A stretch of DNA of 64,000 nucleotides. Source: Camelus dromedarius (Eukaryota). Location of the stretch: the NCBI RefSeq assembly GCF_036321535.1, contig NC_087436.1, positions 31,622,001 to 31,686,000 of the forward strand, written 5' to 3'. Positions within the stretch are counted from its first letter, which is position 1, and the number at the start of each line of letters is the position of its first letter. A program made the position numbers and the translations under genes. The notes beneath the pieces are model-generated. The model searched no databases and was not told where the DNA came from. It saw nothing but the letters and a program-made list of their open reading frames with translations. This document shows, in pieces, positions 11,547 through 25,941 of this stretch.

Positions 11547-12225
11547 TCTAATGAAAGAATTAATGACTTGAGAAAATTCTTCTTATAAACTGCCAAGTGA
11601 AAATAGTACAATACAAACAGCACACTATATGATTCCCAATTTTGTTAAAAGAAAAAAAAATACAAAATTCTCCCCCAAATCCTATTTATAAACAAGAATA
11701 CATCCAACATTTATAAAGATGATTGTATTCAGATGTTAGCAGTATTTATTATATCACGTGTTAAAACTATCAGATTATTTTATCTTCTCTATTTTTCTGT
11801 ATTTTCCTAATTTTCTACAATAAACATTTATTACTTTTGCAGTCAGAAAAAAAACTTATACTTTACCAAGGAAGTTTTTTTTAGATATTTCTGTGGCTTA
11901 CACTTTCTTGTGGAACAAGGAGAGTGGTTTAAATGTCTACCTCTGATTGAAGGGTTTTAATTTTAATTATGAAATCCAAATAAAAAGAAGATTTCAAACT
12001 AAGGAATTTTTATCTTTTGATTTTTTCTAAATTTAAGTTTAATAATTGAGTTTATAATTATTAATAAACTTAATCAAAAATATTATGACTGTACCATCTT
12101 TATATAAGTTCTGTTTTTATTTTGTGTCTTTATATACAAGAATTCCTTCTGTAAAAGAAAATGATTCATTTGTACTGTGCAATAGCCTACTAATAATTTA
12201 ATGAGTTCTCAAATTTTTTTAATAG

Positions 12226-12348
12226 GAAAAAACTCAGGCTGTGGAACTCTGGCAGACTGTTTCTCAAGAGTTGAATAGACTGCAGAAACTTTACCAGGAA
12301 CATATGACTGAGGCCCAGATTCATATAGTAGAAAGTCAAAAACAAAAG
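12226..12348 (+). CDS. SCLT1: SCLT1 exon (7), 123 nt, phase 0-0
   Basis: Boundaries aatAG|GAA ... AAG|GTaatc. Encodes EKTQAVELWQTVSQELNRLQKLYQEHMTEAQIHIVESQKQK. Confidence 0.96.
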
Positions 12349-14034
12349 GTAATCTTGTATGTCATGGTTTTCTTATATATCAGTAAGAAGTTGCATTCTG
12401 GAGAAATTGTTTGGAAAGAATGCCTGAATCTCTACTGTGTTATTTATGTTGGCAGTAAATAGGTCTTCGATGGTTAGAAGTCTCTTGAACACATAAGATA
12501 ATTATGTGCCTAGTATACACTGGGTTTTAAAATGTGATTAGTAATGAAAGCTGTAATTAGTGCTGAGAAACACCCTGTAAGATTATTATGTGTAAATGGA
12601 CCTCCAAAGCTTTTATGTTCTTGATTTTCTACCTGGCTTAAAAAAGACAAAAACTGTTCATTAGATTATGGACAATGAAGAAGCCTACTCAAATGTAGTG
12701 ACAATGCCATATAAAATGAAAATGTTAACAACATTAAATATGACCTTTTACTAAAATTCATGTGAAGTTTGTCTAACATAAATTAATCAGAATAGGATTT
12801 TACAATAGGAAAGAATCTTAATGGCTATTAAGGGCTTCTTTCTATTCAAAGCAAGAATCATTTTATATTCTTTCAAAATGGGCATCTATCTTCTGCTTTA
12901 TACCTCTGTTGACAAGAATTCACTATCTCACATGACCATCCATTCCATTGGAAAATCTACCTCCTTTATCTTTCCGTTGATTCTTTTTCTGCTAGGTATA
13001 TTGAAAACTATGGAGTAATTCCAATTCTTATCCCTTTCCTGTGGATTTTGAGAAGGCATCTGTTTAAATATATTAGTTATCATGCCTATCTTCAATTCTC
13101 ATTTATAGGCTTTTCAAATTCCAGTTTATGACTGTTCCTATTATTATTATTATAACCAGAAATTTCTACCTAAAGAAGTCATAATAATGCTTAATGATGC
13201 TTTGCAGTTAACAAAATGAGTTTTTCATACATGCCCTGGTTTGAAAATAACCCTCATGTAGTCTAAGCCATAACTCTTACCCTGAGATCTAGAAACCATT
13301 TCTAATACAAGTATGTTCTTTAAGGCTGTTTCTTCATTTAGGTCAAACAACTAAGCCTTTAGGTTTTTGGAGTATTTTTCTACCTGAATAAGATCAGTCT
13401 TATGCTATTGCTATGCAGTTAGGGTTTTGGTTTTTTTGCGGGGGGGATTTTGGTTGGGTTTTAGGGGGTGCAAGACTTTACAAATAATACTTTGTCCTTA
13501 TTTCCCTAGTTACCTATCAGTTTTGAGTTCTGTTACGTGATATAATAGCAACCCTTCCTAACCTTGTGTCATCTGCTCATATAATGTTGAATCAGATTGT
13601 AACAGATAATCAAAAAATTTAAAACTTGTGGGTCATTCAAGCCATGAGAATTTTAAAGAGGGGAAAGGCACAATAACTCCTTGACTGTGATTTATATCGT
13701 AGGTTTTAAATAGGTTTGAATGTGGTTTTTCAGTATTGGGTAAGGTCTTTCTAGCATATCTATTTATTAATGGATTGAGTTCTAGAAATAATGATTTCAC
13801 ATAAAACATAGATTCTTATATTAGTTTCCATGTTATCACTTTGTTTAATTTTGTAATTATTAAAAAATTTATTTTTTCATTTCAACTGTTAACTCACACA
13901 ATAATTGTTAGAAGGAATATAACTGATGTCTTCTAGACTTAGGCATAATGATTTTAGACATGATTTTAGTTTAATTTTAAATATGGGCTGTAAACAAAAT
14001 GCTATTTATGTACCCCTCTACCTTCCTACTGTAG

Positions 14035-14100
14035 GATCAGCTGACCAATTTTCAACAACTAACCAAGCAACTTCATGTTACTAATGAGAACATAGAAATG
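14035..14100 (+). CDS. SCLT1: SCLT1 exon (8), 66 nt, phase 0-0
   Basis: Boundaries ctgtAG|GAT ... ATG|GTaagt. Encodes DQLTNFQQLTKQLHVTNENIEM. Confidence 0.95.
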
Positions 14101-16859
14101 GTAAGTGAAAATATCCACTTAGTGCCCTTGTTATATAAACTAGAAAGTGTCACACTAAGTAATAATATTTATTTTTTGCTAAGGCAAATCAATAAGAAAA
14201 AACTAAAAATAGGTAGGCAGTACTTTTTGCTTTTTATCTGTCTTTTTCTTTCACATTCAATAGCAAGACATGAGCATTCATAGTAGTTTCTAGAGATCTA
14301 AAATTAACAGCTATCTGAAATATATTCTAATCTGAAAATACTCTTTGGGTCCTTAGTAAGATCTCTTGAGAGTAATCTAGACTGTTAGCTTCTCAAGAGT
14401 AGGACTTAGGCTTTGTTCTTAGTATTTCATCTAGAACACGGTTAGGTATACAAAGAAAATAGTGGAACTGTTAGACAGATGAATAGCCCAAATCCTTAAA
14501 AATAATAGGATACTAAGAACCACTTGTTAGTTGATTGACCATCAGTCACCTAAATTGGTGCACCTAAATTCCCTTTAATTTTTTCCTGAAAGAAGTACAA
14601 TTAGTCTTCCCAGTTCTGCCTTTTTGCCTTTTTTCTTCTCTCACTTTTATTTTCTTTTTCTCTTCTTTTCTTTTCCTTCTTGGAATTTTATGTTACCTTA
14701 TTGTTGAGTAATAGGATTATGACATCCCAGGTATTTCCTCTTTTCCTTTCTTCATTTTGCTTAGTTACCCTGTTAATTCTTATTAGTACCTAATGAAAAA
14801 TGCCTTTAAGAGTGGAGTTGTGCCATCAAAAGTAAGTTTATTTGATCTCATTCTTCTTTTTAAAATTTTCTCCTTTAACCATGTAAAAAATTATTAAATA
14901 AATTTCTCCCTATTTTACTTATGTTAACATTTAGAATTTCTATTCACTTAAAATTTTTGATAATGTGACTTCTTAGTTTTAAAACAGTATTAAAGTACTC
15001 CAGAATAAAATGATGACTGATTTCCATAATTAAGAAATCCTATTTCTACATGACATTAATAGTCTAACCTAACATCACAATTGTTTATTCTTTTAATATT
15101 TGCTAGAATTGTGGAGATTATCTAATCCTTTGATATTTTATACCACAGAGCCTATATTTTGTTATATACAACCCAAAACCATTCTGATAAAAGTCATGGG
15201 GAAAGAATACTTGAATACATTAAAAATTTCTAAGGCACAAGAATTCATAGTTTCAGACCAAAACTAAGAATAATAACCTAGGGATACAATAAAAGTGATA
15301 AAGGAGTGACAAGATGGATGAAGCATTGTGTTACAAAGAACAAATAAAAGACTATCCTGGTAGTTAAAATAAAGAAAAATGGCTAAGAGAAATTTTTAAG
15401 ACTTAAGAGTTTTTCTTAATGTAACGAACACTGTGGTATCAAACAAGACTCTACCAAGTGTAAAGGGAGATAGTTAAATGATTATAAAGATTTTTTAAGT
15501 CTCAGCATTCAGAGTGTGGTCATAGGAGCAAGTTTGAGTCAAAAATCAAACAATGTCCATTAAAAATTTTTCAGATTACATAAATAAACTCAAGAAATGA
15601 GTAAGTTCTTACAGATGTACAAGAAATTGATGAATATACAACAAATAAATAATCTTTTATAACCAGTGCACTTTAATAATATGCAGAAGGTAAAATGCCC
15701 TGACCTGAATGGTAAATAAAAATACAAATTTATATTTATTTATTATTACTAGAGATACAATAAGTTCACATTTCCTAGAGATTCTCTTTACTGAAATTTT
15801 ATTTTTCTTGAGATTTATTCATCTCCATAAAGTAACCCAAAAATATTTGTTTATTTCATCTTAAGTTCCTTCCACTGCCATGGGTTCTTTCGTTGTAAGA
15901 GAAGTGTGCATGTATCCACAAAGCCCCTGTCTATTTGATAAATGCCAACTGAAATAATCAGTGATAAGATAGATGATGTAAAGGGATACTTCCCTGGACC
16001 TTTAGGAATCTACAAATTCTGTAACATTGATATAATTTTTTTTGTAATCATAAATAAAAAATAAAGCCATGTTCAGATGCAGTTATTGAGCTCTTACTAC
16101 ACTTGCTAGCAAGTTGCATGTGTTTGTTTCCAACACTAGCTTCTTAGAATTCACAATTCTAATTTATACTTCTGCTAATCTCTTTACATAATTTACCTTT
16201 AAGGTGCTCCCAAATAGTAAGAAACACAAGAATTACTTATGCTATGTCCAAGACTGTACATAATAAAATGTTATGGTGCATTACAAATATTATACAGGAA
16301 TTCAGAGATTGAATCAGTTTGGGCTGAGGTCATTGAGACAGCTTCACAGGAGAATTTGAAATGATATTAAAGGTCATCTGTTCCCTCAAATGATATATAA
16401 AATTCTATTAAATGCTTTTCAGATGATCCTCTAGCCTTTGCTTTGAATATCCTCTGTAAGACATACTGTCATTTCCACTAAGAGCCTGTTTCTTTGAACT
16501 CTGATTATTAGAAAGCTAAAATCTCTTACTAGATTTCCTCCCACTGATACATAATTTTATCTTTTGGTGTAACATACAACAAGCTCATTTCTTTTTCAAG
16601 TCAATCCTTCAGTTATTTGCATATACCCATTATGTCTTTCATGACTCATGCCCGGTGTTACACCCAGTGTTTTGTTTTTAACTTTTCTGGTGTGGTATAA
16701 TTTACTTACCTCTCATTAGTCTGGCCATCTTTCTGTGTGTACTATAGTTGGTCTTTTAAATTGTGGTCTATGAATTAAATACTAAATTCTTGTCTGGAAC
16801 AATCTACTTCCCAAGATAAAGATTCAGTTCTCAGACTCTCTTTCATGTCTCAGTAAAGG

Positions 16860-17310
16860 CATTTGTTCATTAATTCCTTAAAAGTATAGTACTTAGAATG
16901 TACTAAATCATGTGTTAGATGCTGGGAGTTCTAGGTGAAGCTAGTCTTCAAAAAGAGGCTCATATTATAGCCAGGAATACATAAACTTTAACTATAGTAC
17001 TTAAGGGCAGTGTGCATTGTAAAAGTATATGTAAAGTTTTATCAAAATGCAAAAACTAAACAATTAATTCTACCTTAGAGTCAGTGAATCACTCAGTATA
17101 TGCAGGGCTGACTGCTGGCAGAATGATGACATCCCAGGTAGAGGGAAATACCAAAGTGTATTAAAAATGTGAAGTCAATGAAATTGGGTAGGGTGTGAGA
17201 AAAGCACAATGAAAACTGCCTCAGGGAGTTTGGTTGGAGAGGTATGTATGATTTGTTAGAATGGAAAGAGACTGAAATCAAGACTATCAGTTAGGAGGTA
17301 AGTATAATTT
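16860..17310 (-). mobile_element. L2 relic
   Basis: Degenerate reverse of the L2 3' end (ttgttcattaattc...tgtgttagatgctggg) followed by a purine-rich body. Confidence 0.5.
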
Positions 17311-17419
17311 ATGTGACTTTGCCTATAAGGCATATAGGTAAGGATGAGGAATTTGTACCATCATGATAATTTTTTTCTACACTTAGAAGAATGCTTCACA
17401 TCTTTCTTTAGCATTAGTA

Positions 17420-17880
17420 GACTCTGGGAAAGGAGTTCCAAAGCATGTCACTTATTTAGGAGATAATACCAGGAAGTACCAGTAGGGGAGTGGAGAAATG
17501 AGACTGGGAAGGGAAGATAAGGCAGCCAATAAAGGACTTTTAACAATCGAGCAAATTAACACTGTGGGTAACTGAAACTTAATCCCACTGATGAACTCTG
17601 GAACCCAGTTTAGAACACAGGGCTCAGAGATATTCCACCATGGGGCATGGGAGTTAGGGATTTTTACACACCAGTTCCCTTCAATCTTTGTTATTGAGCT
17701 CTTCCAGAACAGACTGGGAACATGAAGTCTACAACACCTATAGCCTTCTGCATAGTTAGGTGAACAAAGGCGGCTCAGAAAGCCAGAGAAAGCCAGAAGT
17801 CACAGAAGTGAGGATGCAGGTGGTTTGAAGGGAAGCAGGCACCTACTGAAGTAGTAAAGGCAGGGAAAGGTGGCCAGGGT
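17420..17880. mobile_element. Old ERVL/MaLR-class LTR relic; partial second copy at ~18370-18525
   Basis: Motifs ccagtaggggagtggagaaatgagactgggaagggaag..gcagccaataaa, typical of old ERVL-type LTRs. Subfamily uncertain. Confidence 0.6.
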
Positions 17881-18016
17881 TATATTTTACCATCGAAAAA
17901 TCTAATAATCATCATGACTTCATTTTATTTTCTTCTACTTGTATACTCCTGTAGTTAGCGTTTAAAGATGTAGTTTTAAATGTTCTAATACTGTATGTTT
18001 TTTTTTCTTGTGGCAG

Positions 18017-18087
18017 ACTAATCAACACTTTCTGAAAACAGTAACTGAACAAAATGTGGAAATCGAGCAACTCCGAAAACAACTTAG
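18017..18087 (+). CDS. SCLT1: SCLT1 exon (9), 71 nt, phase 0-2
   Basis: Boundaries ggcAG|ACT ... AG|GTattt. Encodes TNQHFLKTVTEQNVEIEQLRKQL(R). Confidence 0.95.
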
Positions 18088-19133
18088 GTATTTTCAGAAA
18101 TGATTTTTGTTAATTTATTAATAATTATTTTTCTTCAAAGAAAGTGATGATGTCAAAATTTTTCCCATGAGTTTTTTTTCCCCTCCCTTTTAATCTTCTG
18201 TCAATAGCTTTTTGTATGTATGCTCTTTGGGGACAAGAAGAGACTGAAATCAAGACTGTTAGGAGGCAAATATAATATATATATATGAAGGGATGTTCCA
18301 TGATGGCAAAACCAGTGTTTGTGGAAGAAAATCAGTTCTCTTTAAGTTTTTCTACACATATTTCTTTTTGGATTCCCCCATAAGCAGACCCTAAAAGTCC
18401 CAAAGTGCGTCAGTTTACTTAGAGGTAATACCAGGGAGCACCAGTGGAGGAGTGGGGAAGTGAAGCAGGGAAGGGGAGGAGAAGGCAGCCAATAAGAGGT
18501 TTTTAAAAATCAGACAGCTTAATACCATATGTATATTATGGTCCAGTGGTTTAATAATCATTGCATTAATCGACTTTACTGAAAAAACCCTAAATGACCA
18601 AAGAACTTTTCACTTTTCATTCCCCTTAGTTACAATACTTTAAATTCAGAAGTGTAGTCATATAAGATTTTGTGCTGTGATGCTGTCATATAGAAATATC
18701 TTTAAATTGTATTGGAAATTTTATTTTATAAGAAATGTAGGTTACTGTTTATTAAAGGAATCTTGCTATTCATTTTGTTTTTCCTACCATCATGATTTTG
18801 CCCTGCCAAATAATACCTTATTTTTTTAAGAAACACTTATTTTACAAAATCTTATATGCCATTTAAAAATATTTTAATTTTATTACCTTCATGAACTTTT
18901 AAATTTAATTTAACAAATTTACCTTCTTTTCCTCAGACATTTTTACTTGTGGGCTCTTATTTGGTCCTATTATTTCTTTTGATGTAACTGATTTTACAGT
19001 TAAAATAGCAGTGATTTATTTAATTGCAAGATCTCATTACTCTTTTTTCGAAGTGAAAGTAGTTTTTTAAATTATGAAAGTAATGTACATCCATTATAAA
19101 AAAATCTTTAGATAGTATGACAGTATATCAAAT

Positions 19134-19976
19134 TGCAGTACAGTTCTGGCAGTAAGTTAATACAGATTCCACAGGTTAAAAGCACAATCCCCAACATGAC
19201 TACACCCACACAGACACCAGTCACGAGTTCAGGGCTCCCAGGCCACCTGTACTTGTGACCAGTTGACTATAAATCTGAGTGTTCCCACTAACCTCCCAGG
19301 CTCGATAGTTCTCTAAAATGGCTTAGAAAAGTAAGGAAAGCACCGCACTTAGGATTAAAACTTTATTACAAAGGACATAAATCAGAACCAGCCAGAAGAA
19401 GAGACTTATTGGGTGAAATCTAGAAAGGTCCCAAAAGCAGAGCTTCTATGTCCTCTACCCATGGAATCAGGGTGTGTCACCCTCTTGCACATCAGTGTAT
19501 TCACCAACCAGGAAGATCAGCTAAGACTTGGTGTCCTGAATTTTTATTGGGATTTTATTATATACATATGATTTATACTAAATGTAAATAAATTGGTGTT
19601 ACAATTAAATTAAATTTATAATGACTACATCATAGAACAAAACTCTTTTGAATTTTAAGTGTTATATGACTGATTGAATGAATCATTGATCACTTGTTTG
19701 AACTTAATCTCCAGACCTCTTCTCCTCCCTGAGAGTCAGGAAGTTGGGCCTATATGACATGGCTCAAAGTTCCAACCCTGTAATTACATAGTTGGCCTTT
19801 CCAGCCAACCTGCTCACATCCTGAAACTATCTAGGGGCCTACTATTGAGTCATTTAATTAGCATAAACTTAGGTATAGTCCCAAGAGCCTACTATGAATA
19901 ACAAAGTTATTGCTATTACTCCAGAAATTCCATCCCAGAAACTTAGACAGAGACCAGACAAATTCTTTATTATACA
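19134..19976. mobile_element. MER21-like solo LTR
   Basis: Sequence cagacaccagtcacgagttcaggg..ccaggccacctgtact..gactataaatc ... gaccagacaaattctttattataca recalled as MER21. Confidence 0.7.
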
Positions 19977-20539
19977 ATTCAAGTGGAAAATAAAAATCTT
20001 ATAATTCCATTATTTAGAGTTAACTATTACTAACTTTTTGAATGTATAACTTAGGTTTGTGTATTTAAGTATTTTAGTAAAAAAGAAGTATGATATACAC
20101 ACTAATAGCCTACTTTTTTTTTACTTATTGATAATATAAACATATCAATATTTCAACCTTAATGTTATGTAGTATACTATTATACGGATGTATTATATTT
20201 ATTAGTTAAATTCTTATTCACTCTCCAGTTATTCCTTTTCCATCTTTAGTAGAATATTTAGTATCTTTTTTATAGGCTATCTATTCATTGAGCATTACAA
20301 TTAGAACAGTAAATGCATGATAGTTAGCCCTAAGTTAGTCTTAGTTATTATTGTTGTTTATTATTATTAAATAAAAATTTAGTACTGTTAGAGAAATTAA
20401 AATGAAATTTATCTAATTTAGGACAGTTAAAAGAAAGGCCAACTTGGTTGAATGTTTTGTTATACATTTTTTCAACTTCCTTTAAAAATTGTTTTATGAT
20501 AAAAATGCTAGACACTAAACATAAACTGCTAAAGCATGA

Positions 20540-22700
20540 AGTGCTAGAGAAAAACAAAATAAGATCAGGATGAGAGATCTGGAGTGTTGGGGGAAATGCT
20601 GGGATTGGAGTTTTAATAGAGTATTCAGAGTAGGCCTCACTGAGAGGTTGAGATTTGAACAAAGACTTGAAGGATGTGAACAGATTATCCATGCAATACA
20701 TGGAGAGTGTTCCAAGTAAAGAACTTGCCATTTCAAAGGTAGAAATGTGCTTGAGGAACAGCAAGGAAGCTAGATGTCTCTTATCTATTGCTAAGTAACA
20801 AACCATTGTAAAACTTGGTGGCTCAAAATAATAACTTAAGTAAATTATGATTTGGGAGACAATAGAGCAGGTTTCTGGTCTGGGCCTGCTGCGTGTCTGC
20901 TGAACTTGCCTATTTGTATCTAGCCAGCTGGTTTGTCTGCTAGCAGAAAGGTCTTGTAGTTGGCAGTGGATGATAAAACAGTCTGACAACTGGCAGTTTC
21001 TTCACCAGATCAACAGGGCGAATCTTACTTCTTTACTTGGTCATGGCACAATTTGCAAGAAGAGCAAGAGTGCAAATCCCAGTGTACAGATAATTTTCAA
21101 GCCTCTCTTGAATCATTTTTGGTAATTACTCATAGAAAAGCAAGTCACCTAGTTAACCCAAATTCACAGGATAGGGAAAAGAATACCCCTCTTCATGGGA
21201 AGATTTTCAACATCATGTTGCAAAGATGTGGATGTAGAGGGGGAAGAATTTCTTGGCCATTTTCACAATTTCTCATACTAGTATATCTGGAACACAGTAA
21301 ACAGGGAGGAGAGTTGTAGGAGATAAGATCAGAAATGTTCCAGAGGGTGGGAGACAAGGTAATATGGGGCCTTGTAGGCCATCATGAGGACTTTGTTTTT
21401 TTTTTTTTTTTAACTATGGATAAAATAAGAATGACTTTTAATAGGAGATTGACATAATCTGACTTATATTTTAATAGGACTGATCACTGTGACTGCCACA
21501 TTGGAAACAGACTGTAGAGAGGCCCCAAAAAAAGAATGGAAGCAAGGAGATCAGTAAGGAGGTGTTACAGTAATCCAGACAAAAAATCATGTTGACTAGA
21601 ACTGTGGTGGTAGCAGTAGGAGTTAGTGAGATGTGGTTAGATTCTGGATATGTTTTTAATGTTTTTTATGGTGGATTCAAGAAGATTTTCTGATAGATTG
21701 AATGGATACAATAGAGAGATACTGAGGCATCAAGGATGACCCTAAGTTTTTTCCACAAGCAGCTGGAAGAATTGTATCGTCGTGGACTGAGAAATCTATG
21801 TATACAGGTGGTCAGATTTGGTGAGGAAGGGGCCAGTTTGGGCCATGCTGAGTTTACAGTTAGTACTGGAAATCCTTGTGATGATAATGATTGACAAACA
21901 CTTCAGTTAAGAAATCTGGACTGAAGATAAACGTTTTTGATGATCAATATACAGTTGTGTTTAAAGTCATGAAACTGTAATAAATGATTATCAATAGAAA
22001 AGGAGAATCTTTGACCGCGGTCTGGGACACTCAAATATTAAGAAGTAAGGGAAAAGAGAAGGAATCAACAAAAGAGGCTGAGAAAAGATGAGTGACATAG
22101 GAGGAATACCAGGAAGTATGGTGTCCTGAAAAACCAAGTGAAGGAAGTATATCAGAAAGGAAGGAGTGATTGCTGAGTCAGGTGCTTTTGGTAGGTAAAA
22201 TAGGATGAGTTCTAAGAATTGACCATTGAATTTAGCGACATGGAGGTGTATTTGTTTCCTAGGGCTGCCATAACATTACCACAAACTTGGTGGCATACAA
22301 CAGAAATTTATCCTGTCAGTTCTGGTGGCTGGAAGTTTGAAATCAAGGTGTTAGGAGGGCCATGCTCCCTCTGAAGGTTCTAGGGAAGAGTCTTTCCTTG
22401 CCTCTTCCAGCTGCTGTTGGCCTTGGGTATTCTTGGCTTATGACAACATAATTCCAATCTCAGTCTACCTTCCTTTTCACATAGCCTTGTTCTCTCTATT
22501 TCTTTGCGTATCCTCTCTTCTTGTAGGTGCACCAGTCAGAGGATTTAGAGCCTGCCCTGGTTCAGGATGATTTCCTCTTCAGACACTTACCTTAACGATA
22601 TCTACAGAGAGCCTGTTTCCAAATTAGGTTCCAGATGGACCTGAATTTTGGGGGGACAGTATTCAACCCACTACAGAGGTTGTTTTGACGTTTACAAAAG
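20540..22700 (-). mobile_element. Long L2 relic interrupted by MaLR LTRs (~20783-21265 and 22247-22675)
   Basis: L2 motifs ggccttgtaggccat, gaggtgttacagtaatccag, gattctggatatgttt and gaattgaccattgaatttagc. Confidence 0.7.
22247..22675. mobile_element. MLT1 (MaLR) solo LTR
   Basis: TG...CA termini, tttcctagggctgccataac...caaacttggtggc and attcaacccactaca. Flanked by gagg on both sides. Confidence 0.85.
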
Positions 22701-23454
22701 TACTGCATAATTTGCTTTCTTTTCATATCTATATAAAACATTAAAAAATTGAACTCATTTTGGGTGGTAAAAGGTAATTCTTCACAATTTTCTTAGGTTT
22801 GATTTAACATAGACCACAGTTTCTTAGGACAGGGCTATTAAGTTTAAAATCAGTAAGAAAAAGATACCTAGGTAATTCCCATAACTCTGGAAATGAAGAA
22901 GCATATTTGTGCACTTAAAATGATTTGTGCAGCTTAAAATGATCACTACGTTCAATCCAATTCCAGTCAAAAACCCAGGAGAATTTTTATAGAATTTGAA
23001 AAGCTGATTCTAAAATTTATATGGATATACAAAAGATAAATAGATAAACATTTTTGAAGAGGAAAACAACCTGGGTGGACTTCCTGTACCAGGTTATTAT
23101 GACTTAACTGAAAAATCAAAAGATCGTAGTATTGACATGAGGATAGATAAACTGAGCAGATTAGAGAGGCCAGAAACAGATTCACACTTACATGAACTGT
23201 TGTAGTTTTCAAAAATGATGACAATCCTTTCTTTCTGCCTGTATCCATGTCCTTTGCACAATGACTTCTATGGCATCGACAGATGCCATATTTAGCACAA
23301 GTACTTAGTGTTCAAGCTGGAATTAGTTAAATAGCCAAAGTAGTATATGAGTGTACATGTTCTGAACAATATTAGCAATAATAACCTTATTAACTAAAGA
23401 AGGACAAGGTTTAACTAGGTTTTAAATTATAGTGAACATTTTTATTAAAGAGCA

Positions 23455-24265
23455 GTAGTGGAAGATGGTGCAGTGTTTTTTTCTATTCCTCCTGCTAAGT
23501 ACAACTAGAACCACAGGACATATATACAAAACAAACATAAGAAGACTGAAAGGTGTAGAGAAGAAAGCAGATTGGCTAGGTGCCTCAGGAGCCAAGGAAT
23601 GGCACTGTGGTCAGTTCCCTGGGTTTTTTTGGTTTGAGTTCTGTTTTTGACTCATATATCCCAGACTTGGAACTGAAGAAGCTGGCATTGTGATAACACC
23701 AACGAGGCTCAGACCAAAATAGACATCACCCCAACAAAGACTTTCTCCCTCTAGCCGAAGGACCAGAAAAGGAGCAGCCAAGTATGATAAAAGCTTCTGA
23801 AGTATAACCTCTCTACCTCAGCCAAGTACCACAGAAAAAAACTATGGACCACCTGTACCCATGCCAGAAAAGCCTGGTAGAATCTGGACCCCTGCTTGGC
23901 AGTAAAAGACAGCCCCTTATTCCACCAAAAGAAAGGTACCAGAGGAAATAAGCTAAAATAAGTTAAAATAATACTAGAATCTCATAACATGATACCCCAA
24001 AAGTCTAGGTTTCTACAAAAGTCATTCATGCCAAGAATCAGAAAAAATCTCAATTTGAATGAAAAAGACAGTAGAACCAACACTTAGATGACAGAAATGT
24101 TAAAATTGTGTGACAAAAATTTTAAACAGTCATCAGAAAAATACTTTAATGAGAAATTATGAACAAGCTTGAAACAAATGAAAAAATAGACATTCCCAGC
24201 AGAGAAATGGGAAGTCTCAGCAAAGAAACAGAAGATATACAGATGAAGTAAATGGAAAATTTAGT
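23455..24265 (+). mobile_element. Old L1M 5'UTR / ORF1-start relic
   Basis: Sequence aagatgg...aaacataagaagactgaaaggtgtagagaagaaagcaga..., followed by A-rich ORF1-like decay. Confidence 0.6.
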
Positions 24266-24346
24266 TGGTTGGGATGATTAAATTCTCTAATGAGAATAAG
24301 ACTTCCCAAATCTTTAGAATTAATATAGTTTATATTAAAACCCCTG

Positions 24347-24348
<2 letters not shown>

Positions 24349-24388
<40 letters not shown>

Positions 24389-24428
24389 ATGTGCATGCAT
24401 GCATGCATGTGTGTGTGTGAGAGAGAGA
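24349..24428. repeat. Compound microsatellite (GT)n-(GCAT)n-(GT)n-(GA)n
   Basis: Read directly from the sequence. Confidence 0.95.
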
Positions 24429-25941
24429 AAAAGAAGAGAAAATGCAACTTGAAAAACTTACCCTAGCATGAAATGGTGAGGTGTCATACCAAAACCATTC
24501 TGTAGAATAAAATGCTGTGTTGTTTACAGGAATTTGAGTTTGGCAGAATAGAGCAGAAGTTCAGTATGTGACAGAGGTGGTAGCAGCGTAAATCAGTAGG
24601 GAAACAATCATGTTAGGAATTGTAGCTGTCTCTGGGGAAAAAGCCTGCTTTTCACATTTAGGCATTTACATGGTTTTATGGATTAAATAAGTAAATGAAA
24701 AAATCAAAACTTTACAGATTTTAAAATACTCTCCTTTCAGTATTTTGCTAGGGAAGTACTTCTTAATCAGAATTTAAATACAAGCCCAAAAGGAAAAGAT
24801 TCATATATTTGAGTATGTTAAAATGTAAAACTTCTGTTATAAAAATTAATATATCAGATGAAAAGGCAACCCACAGTCTGGGAGAAGACATATGCAATGT
24901 ATGTAACTGATAATACATTACTGTTGATACATGAACTAAGTATTGATAAAAATAAAAATTCATGGACTATTGGGCAAAGAAAAGACTCTATAGGGAAAAT
25001 GGGCAGAACCTGGTGATACTGGTCTAAAGGACAGGGGAAGAATCATGGAATTTTATTGCTAAAGGTATCTTATGATCCTCTTAGTTCAGATTCATAAGTT
25101 TATGGAAGAAACCAAACTGAACCAAAGGCTCAGAAATTGTCCAGGGTTGCACAGCAAATTCATAGAGGAGCCAGAGTAGAACTTGCATCTTGTGATTGCT
25201 AATCTAGTGAGTTTCTAAACCTGACTCTCTGACAATGTTCACAGCAGTAAGGAAGTCAAGAATGAGAGTTTATTGTTAAAGGATGATGCATGAATACATC
25301 ATTTTTTGTCATCTGTGTGAAAGTTTCATTTGGCTTTTGGACATTTGGGCTTAAAGATTATAAACTGAGATTAGAGATTAATAAAAACTAGTTGTGGTTT
25401 TCTAAAGCCTGAAGTATCTGAAGTGTTTAATTGTCCATGAGCAACTTTGCCATAATATTTACTGACAGTATTCCATAGCTTAACACTAAGCAGTTCAGAG
25501 TTGTATACATAAAACTGCTTGCTTTTCCTGCCACAGATTTGAAAGAACATAAGGATAAGCAGATGCTTCTTTTAGGGAAAAGGGTGTTGCTTTCAAGTTT
25601 GACAGATTCTGAATGATGGGCATATTGATATTACCAGAATTTGGGTTTTGAGATGCCCTATATAACCATGCCAAGAATAACTAAATTAGAATCTCTTTAA
25701 ACACTAGATTTGTTTAAGTTTGTACTTATACTGAAAACATATTAGTTTCATTTGTTGTCTGATGTTATGGTTCCCAAAAAAATGAGAATCGTGTGAACTT
25801 GTAATTAAAGCTTTTATCGTTTTCCTTTTTAAGAGTTTCTGGTGATACTTTATCGTAGCAGGTAAAACTCTTTAGCCTAGTTTCTAAGAACTTCCATTCA
25901 CCTGATCCTTCCTAATCCTCAAATTATATACAGTAGTCATT

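Noticed and set aside
20348..20989. 213-aa minus-strand ORF, the longest in the track
   Set aside because: It runs across MaLR and L2 relics and AT-rich sequence, has no ATG start and shows no recognisable homology.
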